A DNA stretch of 64,000 bases, taken from IMG/VR virus record IMGVR_UViG_3300025120_000033, one strand, 5' to 3'. Source of the stretch: an uncultured virus (IMG/VR IMGVR_UViG_3300025120_000033). Taxonomy: Duplodnaviria > Heunggongvirae > Uroviricota > Caudoviricetes. The notes beneath the pieces were generated by a model. That model worked only from the letters and a program-made list of their open reading frames with translations, ran no database searches and had not been told where the DNA came from. Positions 16,640-25,833 of this stretch are shown here, in pieces. The position numbers were made by a program, and so were the translations under genes. The first letter of the stretch is position 1. Each line of letters begins with the position of its first letter.

Positions 16640-17410
16640 ATGGATTTTAAGGTAGGCATCTATGAAGATCTCGACTACCCAACCTATGACTCGATACCGG
16701 CGTGGCGATCCCACGATTTGACTAGCATCTCTCGGTGCCCGTATTCTTGGAAGAATAAGGTGTTTAACAACTCTCCTGCCCTTCTGGAAGGAAGGGTTCA
16801 ACACTCAGTATTCTTAGAGTTGGATAAGTTCGACGAGGAGTACGCCATCGAGCCTGCGGTCGATAAGAGAACCAAGGTCGGAAAGGCTGAGTATGAAGAC
16901 TGGAAGACAACCGTGGGCGACCGCACGCCAGTCAAGCAAGACCTCGTTGATGTATGCATGGAGCGACGTGAGGTTCTTGCCGAGCACATACCCAAGCCAG
17001 AGCATCGGTGTGAGCTAACACTGTGTTGGGAGTGGCACGGCTATCCCTGCAAGGGTAAGCTAGACTGGCACACCGGCACCGACATCTGGGATCTCAAGAC
17101 CTGCCGCGATGCGTCGCCCCGTGGCTTTAAGTCTGCGGTGAATAACTTTTTGTATTTCCAACAGGCAGCGTATTATCTGACAGGGTGCCGCGCCGTAGGT
17201 TTACCAACCGAGAAATTTTATTTTCTTGCGGTCGAGAAGATGCACCCCTACCCCTTTGGCGTATTTACCCTGACTGAGGAGGCGATCGAGTACGGCAACG
17301 CCAAGAATGAGCAGGCGTTGGCGCTCGGACTGAGGTGCAGGGAGACTGGCATCTATCGACCGTACAATATGTCCGAAACCATCGAGTTCGATGTCAATGA
17401 TCTTTACTGA
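16640..17410 (+). CDS. PD-(D/E)XK exonuclease, DUF3799/RecE-like (copy A)
   Basis: EGRVQH...CKGKLD...DLKT...YFQQAAYY. Confidence 0.85.
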   Translation: MDFKVGIYEDLDYPTYDSIPAWRSHDLTSISRCPYSWKNKVFNNSPALLEGRVQHSVFLELDKFDEEYAIEPAVDKRTKVGKAEYEDWKTTVGDRTPVKQDLVDVCMERREVLAEHIPKPEHRCELTLCWEWHGYPCKGKLDWHTGTDIWDLKTCRDASPRGFKSAVNNFLYFQQAAYYLTGCRAVGLPTEKFYFLAVEKMHPYPFGVFTLTEEAIEYGNAKNEQALALGLRCRETGIYRPYNMSETIEFDVNDLY

Positions 17411-17591
17411 AGAGGAGGCGATCAAGGAGCGGCAGTGGGCAGATGACAAGAAGTACCACGCCGCCCGCTTCGCTTGGAAGAACCAACATCGTTACATTCC
17501 TAGCGGTAAGCTGAACTGGCGGCAGTGGTGGGAGAAAATGTTCAGTGATAATTTGATGGATTATGCGATGAAGAAGAAGAAGGACGGCTGA
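17391..17591 (+). CDS. Hypothetical protein (copy A)
   Basis: YHAARFAWK motif shared with 32193-32420. Confidence 0.7.
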   Translation: MSMIFTEEEAIKERQWADDKKYHAARFAWKNQHRYIPSGKLNWRQWWEKMFSDNLMDYAMKKKKDG

Positions 17592-17594
17592 TGG

Positions 17595-17936
17595 TTAGTC
17601 CAACCAACCGTCATAATATCTGACCTCCATACCCTCAGCTTTCAGATAATCGAGAGCTGACATCACGCTCGCTTCTGCAGATAAATTGCCCTGTCCTGTG
17701 GGGCATCGAACAACGGTCTTTAGCTCCGCCGTGCGTTTGTTGCGACCGCAGAACCAAACCTGAATGCCCTTGCCGCCTGTGCAACTGCCCTCATCCTTGG
17801 AGCCTTGTGCGACCCACTCATCGTACCAGAGCTTCTCTGAGAACTTGAGTATCGACGTAAGTTTGTCGATGTCGGCAGGTTGATACGCTTCCACAGTGTC
17901 TTCGTTTCGAGTGTAAAACTTCGGTGCTGTTTTCAT
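17595..17936 (-). CDS. Hypothetical early protein
   Basis: Preceded by hairpin-RBS element. Confidence 0.75.
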   Translation of the reverse strand: MKTAPKFYTRNEDTVEAYQPADIDKLTSILKFSEKLWYDEWVAQGSKDEGSCTGGKGIQVWFCGRNKRTAELKTVVRCPTGQGNLSAEASVMSALDYLKAEGMEVRYYDGWLD

Positions 17937-17960
17937 TTTTTTCTCCTGTGCCCCCCGTAG

Positions 17961-18138
17961 GGGCGGTTGGTAATTAACTTATCTAAAGATACAGCCGGTT
18001 TAAGTCGTCAGGTTATTGATCAAAAACCTCACCAAATTTATTGGAGCGCCAAAGATTACGCGCTGTGCTCAAACTTTTCGGGCATGGCTGTCCCTATCTG
18101 TATCTTTAGAAAAATGAATTCTTTCTCAACAGTTCCCA
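17961..18138 (-). ncRNA. Candidate structured ncRNA element, copy 1
   Basis: 178-bp direct repeat of 20278-20455; 13-bp closing inverted repeat with compensatory change; internal hairpins. Confidence 0.5.
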
Positions 18139-18146
18139 CTAGTCTC

Positions 18147-18269
18147 CTATGCCCCCTTGGGGGCGGTTCGTCCGCGCAAAAGGGCGTGGATTAACTTCGC
18201 CTCTTTGCCTTTGATTTTTGGATCTTTCTTAATGGCCTTATCGACCGCCTTTTTGTTGTACTTAGTCAC
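18147..18269 (-). CDS. Small basic protein
   Basis: GTG start, MTKYNKKAVDKAIKKDPKIKGKEAKLIHALLRGR. Confidence 0.6.
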   Translation of the reverse strand: MTKYNKKAVDKAIKKDPKIKGKEAKLIHALLRGRTAPKGA

Positions 18270-18867
18270 CCTTGACCTCCATTTTTGCTTTGGTTGGTCG
18301 CTTGTAAAAGCCGAACTTGTTATCGTCTTCGCTAGCCTCAACAGTCGCAGAGAAGGTAACGCGACTGCCTTTGACGGTAGTCCTATCCTCGTAGGCCGCG
18401 TTACTCAGTGATCTAGGCACGGAACCCCAGACTTTAAAGCCTCGATCATCACGAACCAACATCTTCAGAGTATCGCCGTAATAGCCTTCCTGAGTCTTGA
18501 CAGTGATGACCTCACCAGTGATGACCTGCTTGCCGTTCACGATAGCCTCTGCGTTAGCGTTCTCAGCAGCGCTCTTTGCCGCCCACTCAGCTTTTTTGGC
18601 TATGTTGCCATCAATGATCTTCAAGACAGCCGCGCCCTGATTTGGTGAAAGCTTGCCGTAAGCGCTAAGAGCTTCGTCCAAGCTTCTCGCAAATTCGTTG
18701 CTCATCGCATTGGAGAGTAGCCAAGTGTGGATCTCATCAGCACGCTCCTGAGTTTTTAACCATGTCTTGCGAGCGTTGGCGATAATGTTGCGCTTGATAG
18801 CGTTGCTATACGCCTCTGGGTTTTCGATTTCGCTCCCGCCTGCTATATACCCTACCCTGTGTCCCAT
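18262..18867 (-). CDS. Hypothetical early protein with C-terminal OB-fold-like segment
   Basis: ITGEVITVK...KVWGSVP...VTFSATV; first gene after promoter at 18912. Confidence 0.75.
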   Translation of the reverse strand: MGHRVGYIAGGSEIENPEAYSNAIKRNIIANARKTWLKTQERADEIHTWLLSNAMSNEFARSLDEALSAYGKLSPNQGAAVLKIIDGNIAKKAEWAAKSAAENANAEAIVNGKQVITGEVITVKTQEGYYGDTLKMLVRDDRGFKVWGSVPRSLSNAAYEDRTTVKGSRVTFSATVEASEDDNKFGFYKRPTKAKMEVKGD

Positions 18868-18894
18868 AACTTTCTCCAATTGATTAACTACATT

Positions 18895-18935
18895 GCTATA
18901 GTCTCACATATCGTGTCGTTGTGCAAGTGTTTGGA
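18895..18935 (-). promoter_or_regulatory. Early promoter TTGCACAACGACACGATATGTGAGACTATAGC
   Basis: Identical core to the promoter at 53863-53894. Confidence 0.75.
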
Positions 18936-18950
18936 CAAAATAAATCAAAA

Positions 18951-19178
18951 TTATTCCTCGGTCTTCCAAATGGTGATCTCTCGAACGCCATTAACCCTTT
19001 CTGAGCGAGTCACAACTTTGCACTTGGGATCTGACTGGCGAATCGCGGCGGAGATCTTTTGCTTCTCCAGATCGTCTTTGACGATCACGCAGTCGCCGTA
19101 CTCCATAAAATAAACAAATCCATACTTGACAGATCGACCTGCTCTTGCTGGGATTGGCTTGCCTTTGATAATCTCCAT
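18951..19178 (-). CDS. Small hypothetical protein (copy 2)
   Basis: Paralogue of 3168-3395. Confidence 0.8.
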   Translation of the reverse strand: MEIIKGKPIPARAGRSVKYGFVYFMEYGDCVIVKDDLEKQKISAAIRQSDPKCKVVTRSERVNGVREITIWKTEE

Positions 19179-19188
19179 GATTTTCTCC

Positions 19189-19554
19189 TTATCTCAAGCT
19201 TCCGAGAAGCGGGAATTCCCAATAGTCACCGACCTCATAGTCGTATTCAGCCGCATTTGTATCAACGTGCGTCGCATAATCGTAGCGACCTTCTATCCAC
19301 ACGACCGCATCAGTACCGAATTCTTTGACCGCTTCCGCAACCACCTGTTTTATGTATGCCATCGATATTCGGCCAGAGCCGTAATTGTCGTAGCGTTCGT
19401 TGTCATCCTTGTCGGCCATCACTATCTTCCACCCGTCCGTGGTGACAATCGGATAACCCCTGATCTTGTTTGCCGCGACACCCGCACGGACATCTCTGCG
19501 CAGTTCAGCGATTTGGTTAAGAATGCTTGGCGCCTTTTCTGTTACATTTTTCAC
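19189..19554 (-). CDS. Hypothetical early protein
   Basis: Preceded by hairpin-RBS element. Confidence 0.75.
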   Translation of the reverse strand: MKNVTEKAPSILNQIAELRRDVRAGVAANKIRGYPIVTTDGWKIVMADKDDNERYDNYGSGRISMAYIKQVVAEAVKEFGTDAVVWIEGRYDYATHVDTNAAEYDYEVGDYWEFPLLGSLR

Positions 19555-19589
19555 ACTAGTCTCCTAGCCCCCGCAGGGGCGGTTGGTGG

Positions 19590-20255
19590 TTAAGCGACCA
19601 TTTTTCGCTTGGTTGAGCCGACTTGGCTGTTCAGTGATACCTTCTTTCCTTTTGCGTAACCCGCGTTGTAAGCGTTCTGCGATACGCTGTAAGATCTTCC
19701 TGCGCTGTAGCTTAGATTGAAGCGCTTGATAATCAGGTCTTTCTTCACAACAACCAGATCTGTGCCAGTCGTTGCCTTGCTGAGCTCTTCCTCTCGCTCG
19801 GCCTTGATCTCTCGGCATCGATCTAAAATTGCGAATACCACCCCCATCTTGAAACTGTTGCGATCTCGGCGCGAGCCATCAAACTTCTTAGCCAGCCGCT
19901 CAGTCACAGCAACCAAGTAGTCAAACATCAGTAGCGCAACCTGAGTGTCTTCGGGCGTGCCGCAAAACTTTATCTCGTTGTTTCGCTTGGTCGGCAACGT
20001 GCTTGTGAGATAAGAGGCTGACCACGCCAGATTCCATACCCAGCTAGAGTTGCGACTCTCGCCAGTCTCAGCGGCCACCATGTCGTCCTTGTTGATAGTC
20101 TGCGCGGTGAGCTCGGCGTACTGAATGTCGTGCTTTCGCATCATGCTCTCGGCGCGGCGCAGTGCTATCGACGCCTCGTTCTCGTTAGACGCGGAGTGCT
20201 TGGCCATAGCCAGCAGTTTCTGCACTCGATCTAATAATTTCGCTCTATCGTTCAC
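19590..20255 (-). CDS. DUF2786-domain protein (copy 2)
   Basis: Paralogue of 2464-3132; GTG start after hairpin-RBS. Confidence 0.8.
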   Translation of the reverse strand: MNDRAKLLDRVQKLLAMAKHSASNENEASIALRRAESMMRKHDIQYAELTAQTINKDDMVAAETGESRNSSWVWNLAWSASYLTSTLPTKRNNEIKFCGTPEDTQVALLMFDYLVAVTERLAKKFDGSRRDRNSFKMGVVFAILDRCREIKAEREEELSKATTGTDLVVVKKDLIIKRFNLSYSAGRSYSVSQNAYNAGYAKGKKVSLNSQVGSTKRKMVA

Positions 20256-20277
20256 ACTAGTCTCCTAGCCCCCTCGG

Positions 20278-20455
20278 GGGCGGTTGGTAATTAACTTATT
20301 TAAAGATACAGCAGGTTTAAGTCGTCAGGTTTTTGATCAATAACCTCACCAAATTTATTGGAGCGCCAAAGATTACGCGCTGTGCTCAAACTTTTCGGGC
20401 ATGGCTGTCCCTATCTGTATCTTTAAAAAAATGAATTCTCTCTCAACAGTTCCCA
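20278..20455 (-). ncRNA. Candidate structured ncRNA element, copy 2
   Basis: Directly downstream of the minus-strand TATAAT promoter; 6 differences from copy 1. Confidence 0.5.
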
Positions 20456-20597
20456 TTATACATGGATCGTGTCGGTGTGCAACAGTTTGCACAAATATAA
20501 TTAGACTATGAAGTAATAAGAATTGATAGTTATATAACTAATTGTTCTAATCAAAATGTATAAATAAGTGTACAACGACATGGTATGTGCTATTATA
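20455..20597. promoter_or_regulatory. Divergent promoter pair (hub 2)
   Basis: -: TTGCACACCGACACGATCCATGTATAAT; +: TGTACAACGACATGGTATGTGCTATTAT. Confidence 0.75.
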
Positions 20598-20628
20598 TCC
20601 ATGTAGTTAATTGATTGAGGAGATCAAA

Positions 20629-21012
20629 ATGAAATTAGGAAAAGAAACTGGTTCGCTTGTGAACTACATCTATGGAAACTCTACTATCGGTGATGTAAAG
20701 ATTGGTGATCCAGCCACTCTGACAAGCTGGTCTGATCGAAGCGCCGCCACTGTTACCGACGTTTTTGCTTACGGCAAATATGATTACATCTCGGTGACAA
20801 AGGACATCTCGAAAGTTGTTGGCGGTACTGGCTATGGCGACGAGGTTTACGAATACAGCCGTGATCCAAATGGCTACGAAGAAACCTTCAGGGTCGTAGA
20901 CGGCAAATTGATTTCTGTTTACAAAAACACTGCAACAGGACGATGGATTAAGAGAAACTCTGGCGGTTGTTTTGTCGGGCGCAGAGATTCTTACCGAGAT
21001 CCTTCTTTCTAA
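20629..21012 (+). CDS. Hypothetical early protein
   Basis: GAGGAG RBS; ...WSDR...G.RD.YRDPSF end. Confidence 0.75.
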   Translation: MKLGKETGSLVNYIYGNSTIGDVKIGDPATLTSWSDRSAATVTDVFAYGKYDYISVTKDISKVVGGTGYGDEVYEYSRDPNGYEETFRVVDGKLISVYKNTATGRWIKRNSGGCFVGRRDSYRDPSF

Positions 21013-21045
21013 CCCGCTACAATAGGTTTTTATTGAGGATTTGGA

Positions 21046-21159
21046 ATGAGCAAAATTACGGTTGAATTGGACAAAGAGGACGCGGAGGTCGTCCTCGCTA
21101 ACCAGCAAGAAATTGTCGAGCTACTGCGGCAAATACTGGAGGAGCTAAAAAGTGGATAA
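21046..21159 (+). CDS. Small helical protein
   Basis: MSKITVELDKEDAEVVLANQQEIVELLRQILEELKSG; GAGGA RBS. Confidence 0.55.
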   Translation: MSKITVELDKEDAEVVLANQQEIVELLRQILEELKSG

Positions 21160-21325
21160 ATATTTTAGAACGCTGGAGGCGGTAAAGATTTCGGCAATTA
21201 AGCCCGAGATGTCGAAGCCACAGCAAATTCGCGCTTACAAAACTGCGCTAATACGGCATCATGGTATTCGTGATGAGGCAAAATACATCATTAACACTTG
21301 GATTGGAGAATCAAAAAATGGCTGA
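21152..21325 (+). CDS. Hypothetical protein
   Basis: GGAGG RBS, GTG start, coupled overlaps. Confidence 0.55.
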   Translation: MDKYFRTLEAVKISAIKPEMSKPQQIRAYKTALIRHHGIRDEAKYIINTWIGESKNG

Positions 21326-21506
21326 CAGATATGAGTTGGAAGAGTTTGTAAGGTCAAAAACGGGTGCAGGGTACGTTGTCACGCACAGTTGCACGGAAGA
21401 TAAATTCGAGATGATTGAGCGGCGGGCAAAGAAACTTGAGTCAGAAAAGACGCCATACAGCATCTACTACATCAACGAAAGCGGCTCTCGGAGTAGAGTC
21501 GCCTAG
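21318..21506 (+). CDS. Hypothetical protein
   Basis: GGAG RBS; MADRYELEEF... Confidence 0.6.
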   Translation: MADRYELEEFVRSKTGAGYVVTHSCTEDKFEMIERRAKKLESEKTPYSIYYINESGSRSRVA

Positions 21507-21622
21507 CCCCGCTCTTCTGCCTGAATCATTTTAAGCACTCGCTTCACCATAGCTTTGTGTAGAGGCGAGTCTGCTTGTCTTTCACCTTCATCATCTGCCG
21601 CGTTGAAGTCGAATCTCGGCAT
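21503..21622 (-). CDS. Possible 39-aa protein overlapping the end of the zeta-like polyprotein
   Basis: MPRFDFNAADDEGERQADSPLHKAMVKRVLKMIQAEERG; fills the gap, weak RBS. Confidence 0.35.
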   Translation of the reverse strand: MPRFDFNAADDEGERQADSPLHKAMVKRVLKMIQAEERG

Positions 21623-24524
21623 CTGTGAAGATGTCTGCGGTGTCTTCAATGAGCGGTTTAGGGACTTCAATCCCGACCGAGTTGTCGATTCTTGCATAGC
21701 CATCTGCTACTCCTTCTTTTCTAAGTATATCATAAGTGACTGACGGGAGATCTCCAACTTCGCCCATGTAATCTGGCGGTATCAACTTCTTGCTTTTAAT
21801 AAACCGAAGCAACATTCGCCTAAGCGCCTCTTCTTTTGATACCACAACGTCAACCAGATTGACTTTGTATCCCGCATCTTTGTAAGCGCTGATCTCAGCC
21901 ATAATCTTTTCTGGATTTGCGCCAACTGTTGGGATGACAATGTTGTTTTTATTGGCGATCATTAAATTACGAATATCCTTGGTAATCGCCTTCGATTCAA
22001 CGTGGGTGGCGTTACTGCCAACCCCGCCAGCAAACTCAGGCATTGCCTTCTTTACTTCGTCAGGATCCAGTATCGCGGCGTTTAATTTTCGGGCCAAGGG
22101 GTTGGCGACAGAGCTTTTGCCCGAAGCGGGTGGCCCTAGAATTATTGTCGCCGTTGGGTTCTTAACTCGACCCTTAACTGATCCGTTATATGCCATCTTC
22201 TCGTCTGTCCAGCCCAGCGCTTTCAGGTCATCGTACATTCTTTTCACCGCACCATCCAAGCCAACGATTTCTGTATCGCCCTTATCAAACGAGAAGCGGC
22301 GCTCCTGAAAATATTTGTCGGTGCCGTAACCGTCAAAAAATTGCGTTTCAGGCATCGTATTCATTTCAGACACAACGCGGGCAACGGCAGGATGGTTCTG
22401 CACAGTTGAGGCGCTGGTAGCATCTAACTTGGTTGTGTTGAGGTAGTTCAGCAGATCAGCCAGATCTGGATCGTCTGGGACAAGCTGTTCAATGTTGGGC
22501 GCCGCATCAATCGCCGCAAGTCTCGCGGCATCAACGCTCTCTATTCCGTCTGGAGCAATCGCCGCCATCTGATCGATTGACGCAATCCCAGAGCTATCTG
22601 CGGCGTTATCGAGGCGACTCATCTTTTGCAGGGCTCGGGGTAGCTTGAGTGCGGCGCCAACGCCCAGACCAACTGGTCCCATAACTGAGGCGGCATCGCC
22701 AACAAGCCCCAGACCTTGGAATCCCGCATCCAGATAGTTTCCTTCGCCAAGGTTCTGTGCCAACGAAAGATTGTTTTGATCCGCAAATATGTCGTCACCA
22801 GAGCCCATGGCGGGCATTTGGCCTGCCGCATCGATAGTGCCAGCACCAACAGGAAGTTGTGCGGCGATATAGGCCATCTGCTCGGGTGTTAGCTTCAAAG
22901 AGGACTCTCGACCCATCATTTCGCTGACAGATCCGCCCATGTTGTACCCAAATATGTCTATTTTGTCCACAGAACCCCCGTCAGCGTAATCTGTGCCGTA
23001 ATTTTCGTTCATATACCTGTTCATAGCGTCAATCTTTTCGTCAGTCATTCTCTCAAACAAGTGGCGGCGCTCCAAAGCACCAACCTGCTGCTCATAAGGA
23101 AACAACTCGCCCGCCTTATTAACCGACTTTGAGAGCATATTGAAAGTATCTGGGAACATTATCTCGGGGGGAAGGCTCTGCTCTAGGCCACCGAGGTATT
23201 TGCCCGCGATACTCTTATTGTAGCTCTGATGAATAGGCTCATCAAAGATTGAGGCGTTAGGCACGGCATCAAACATGGCGTAACCAGATGCTCCACGTGG
23301 AACGTCGGCCAACTCGGGCATGGTGATGGTTTTTGCAACGTCTTCGTATACAGGAAAGCCTTGCTTGGTAAACATATCTTTCTTCATATGTGAAACAAGC
23401 GCGGTCCTGATCTGTCCTGCGCCCTTCCTAGGAAATCCGCCCTCACCAAGCAACTGATTAAATACGTCAGGACTTTCTAACCCTACCCAGTCTGGCCTAG
23501 CCTTCAGGGTGGGGTTCTTTTTAGTTTGATCGCCAATACCTCGGCGCATGGCGTCGTCAAATTCTTTGATTGCGCTCTTGGGTATGCCGATAGCGGGTAT
23601 CTGAGCAACCATTGCAGTAGCAACTGGGGCAGAGAAGTCGATGCCGTCTCGCGCCATGGCGGAATAGACGCCCACGGGGTCTAGCCCAGTTTCGTCGGCG
23701 GCAAGGGTTATATTGTTTTGCTTGGACTGGGCGATACCTTCCATCGATGCCCAGCCAGCGCCACGGCCTTCATTGATAATCATGTAGTCTGGGCCGCCCT
23801 GCACTGGAACCGCACGACTAAGTGGCACGCCATTGACGTCAACCAGAGAAGATATGCCTTGGCCCTGTATCGAGAGGGACCTGTCACCAGCCACGGGCAC
23901 CAAAACTTTACCCAAGAGGCTCTCTGGCGCCTGAATGATACGGGACTGTGGCGCGAACGTCGCTATCTCGCCCTCGGCGCGTAGTCTCTCTCGGCGGAAC
24001 ACGGCTGGAGTTTCGAGTTTTTTCTGATATGTGTTGGCTCGGGTCTTTACCGTAGCGGGCTTGACGCCCAAAGCCTCTTGCTCTTGACGGAACTTCTCTG
24101 TAAGATCTTTGCGACTCATCTTCGCTTGAGTAGCCATCTTCATGGTTTTCTGCACCGCCCTCGGCGCCTTCAGCGTAGCCCCTATCGCGGGCCCCACGGC
24201 AGGTATCGCATACGCAAAATCGCCTGCCGCACCCAATCCCTGAAGCGCGGCATCTAGGTATTTATCCGACCTCAAATTTTCAGCCATAGAAGGGTTGTTT
24301 TCAGCGCTAAACAGGTCAACTATGTCTGCCTCAGATGACGGCATACCCGCCATTTGACCAGCGGCATCTAGGGTTCCAGCGCTCGGAGCAAACTGCGCGG
24401 CAAGGTAGGCAAGTTGCGTGGGGGTGAGGATTGGCTCTTGATCGAGGTTTAACATGGTGGGGTCATTCATTAGCTGACCGACGCTACCGCCCATATTGTA
24501 CTCAAAGATGTCGATATCCTTCAC
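21591..24524 (-). CDS. Modular polyprotein (unknown domain plus zeta-toxin-like P-loop kinase)
   Basis: Two DIF[EG]YNMGGSV plus carrier units; IILGPPASGKS...ILDPDEVKK...H.ES zeta-toxin signature. Confidence 0.8.
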   Translation of the reverse strand: MKDIDIFEYNMGGSVGQLMNDPTMLNLDQEPILTPTQLAYLAAQFAPSAGTLDAAGQMAGMPSSEADIVDLFSAENNPSMAENLRSDKYLDAALQGLGAAGDFAYAIPAVGPAIGATLKAPRAVQKTMKMATQAKMSRKDLTEKFRQEQEALGVKPATVKTRANTYQKKLETPAVFRRERLRAEGEIATFAPQSRIIQAPESLLGKVLVPVAGDRSLSIQGQGISSLVDVNGVPLSRAVPVQGGPDYMIINEGRGAGWASMEGIAQSKQNNITLAADETGLDPVGVYSAMARDGIDFSAPVATAMVAQIPAIGIPKSAIKEFDDAMRRGIGDQTKKNPTLKARPDWVGLESPDVFNQLLGEGGFPRKGAGQIRTALVSHMKKDMFTKQGFPVYEDVAKTITMPELADVPRGASGYAMFDAVPNASIFDEPIHQSYNKSIAGKYLGGLEQSLPPEIMFPDTFNMLSKSVNKAGELFPYEQQVGALERRHLFERMTDEKIDAMNRYMNENYGTDYADGGSVDKIDIFGYNMGGSVSEMMGRESSLKLTPEQMAYIAAQLPVGAGTIDAAGQMPAMGSGDDIFADQNNLSLAQNLGEGNYLDAGFQGLGLVGDAASVMGPVGLGVGAALKLPRALQKMSRLDNAADSSGIASIDQMAAIAPDGIESVDAARLAAIDAAPNIEQLVPDDPDLADLLNYLNTTKLDATSASTVQNHPAVARVVSEMNTMPETQFFDGYGTDKYFQERRFSFDKGDTEIVGLDGAVKRMYDDLKALGWTDEKMAYNGSVKGRVKNPTATIILGPPASGKSSVANPLARKLNAAILDPDEVKKAMPEFAGGVGSNATHVESKAITKDIRNLMIANKNNIVIPTVGANPEKIMAEISAYKDAGYKVNLVDVVVSKEEALRRMLLRFIKSKKLIPPDYMGEVGDLPSVTYDILRKEGVADGYARIDNSVGIEVPKPLIEDTADIFTDAEIRLQRGR

Positions 24525-24574
24525 AGCGAGCTCCCCATTTTATTTAGCAACCATAATAATGCATATACGGCGCC

Positions 24575-24790
24575 TTAGTCACGTAGATTCTCCATTTCCA
24601 TGATCTTGTCATACGACAAAATCAAAACGTCAATAAGGGATTCGAGCTCAAGCGTATGGAACCATAAAGAAATGTTGGAATCCATGTGAGTAATCTCAAT
24701 GCCGCGCTCATACACAACAGCGTTGTGGCGCGAAAGCTCGGATTTGCCGTGTCTTTCCAAATAATCGGACATACTCAAAACATTGCTCAT
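24575..24790 (-). CDS. Hypothetical protein
   Basis: 4-nt overlap with resolvase. Confidence 0.6.
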   Translation of the reverse strand: MSNVLSMSDYLERHGKSELSRHNAVVYERGIEITHMDSNISLWFHTLELESLIDVLILSYDKIMEMENLRD

Positions 24791-25185
24791 GTCTCACTCC
24801 AAGTTCTTTTTAAAATCTCCAGCCATTGCGGCAACGTCATCACGACTGTTTGGGCGTTGTCGCGCTCCCAGCTAGGGTTTACGGCGTACATTGGCACGCA
24901 GACGCGAATAGCCTTGTTGTTAAATTTGTAAATCAACACGGGCGTTCTGTCGCCGCAGGATTCGCACACTTGATGCCACCAAGCAGGAGAATACCACCAG
25001 CCTGATTTATAACTCTTGGCTTCGATGGCGTGGTCGGGGATCTCGATATCACACTGACCAACGCTCTGATACTGATCCAAGTTGCGCTTGCACTCAAAAT
25101 CAAATCCGTGCTCGGCAAAAAAAGTATTTAGCCGCTTGACCAGATCGCGCTCAAAGCTGGCGCCTTTCGTTCGACTATCTGCCAC
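24787..25185 (-). CDS. Holliday junction resolvase-like nuclease (copy B)
   Basis: SRTKGASFER...CD...IEAK; paralogue of 10072-10482. Confidence 0.8.
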   Translation of the reverse strand: MADSRTKGASFERDLVKRLNTFFAEHGFDFECKRNLDQYQSVGQCDIEIPDHAIEAKSYKSGWWYSPAWWHQVCESCGDRTPVLIYKFNNKAIRVCVPMYAVNPSWERDNAQTVVMTLPQWLEILKRTWSET

Positions 25186-25499
25186 AAAATTCTCCTAAAA
25201 ATTTTAACCCTAGGATTCCTAGGGGGTCTTTCCTGAAAGCGATCCTGTAGCCAGTTTACCCAGAAAAAAGTTCAATCTCAAAAAACCAAATTGAGTTGCA
25301 AAATTATTCGGTGCGAGTACATTAAGAAAGACGCTGGCTCGATGCGTCGTTAAACAAAGCGGCAAGCGCTTTCCTAGCAAAATTATCAGCCGCCAAAATT
25401 GAGTAAGGGCGGGGTTGCGATTCCCACATAGCCGACCTAATCCCATCGGTGCCCGAAGCGGGATTAGTTGGTTGAGAATTTTTTGAATATTATATGAGA

Positions 25500-25640
25500 A
25501 AAACTCAGTTAAACCCGTATCGCCGCGCCGCGCCGCGATCAGGGGGGTGCCCCCCAAAAAACCATCCAAGATCTCAAATCTTTTTTCCCGACCCCATAGG
25601 GTTCCTTTATTAGTTCGAATGATTCTCACTCAACCCCCCA
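25500..25640. other. Conserved non-coding block, candidate packaging/terminus region (copy B)
   Basis: Same ordered motifs as 10790-10935. Confidence 0.45.
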
Positions 25641-25833
25641 TATGGGCCGTATCGTGACCCCCGTGCTCACAGGGGACGACCAGAGGGCGCCCAGATGCGT
25701 CGGCGAATCGCGCCTATATAACTGAAAGTTATAAGGAAAGTGCTTTTTATGCGATTTGCGCATAACTGGGGGCTGGCTGTGGGCGCCGCCCCCGCCCACT
25801 GTTTTCTCACGCACATTATACACGCGCATAACC

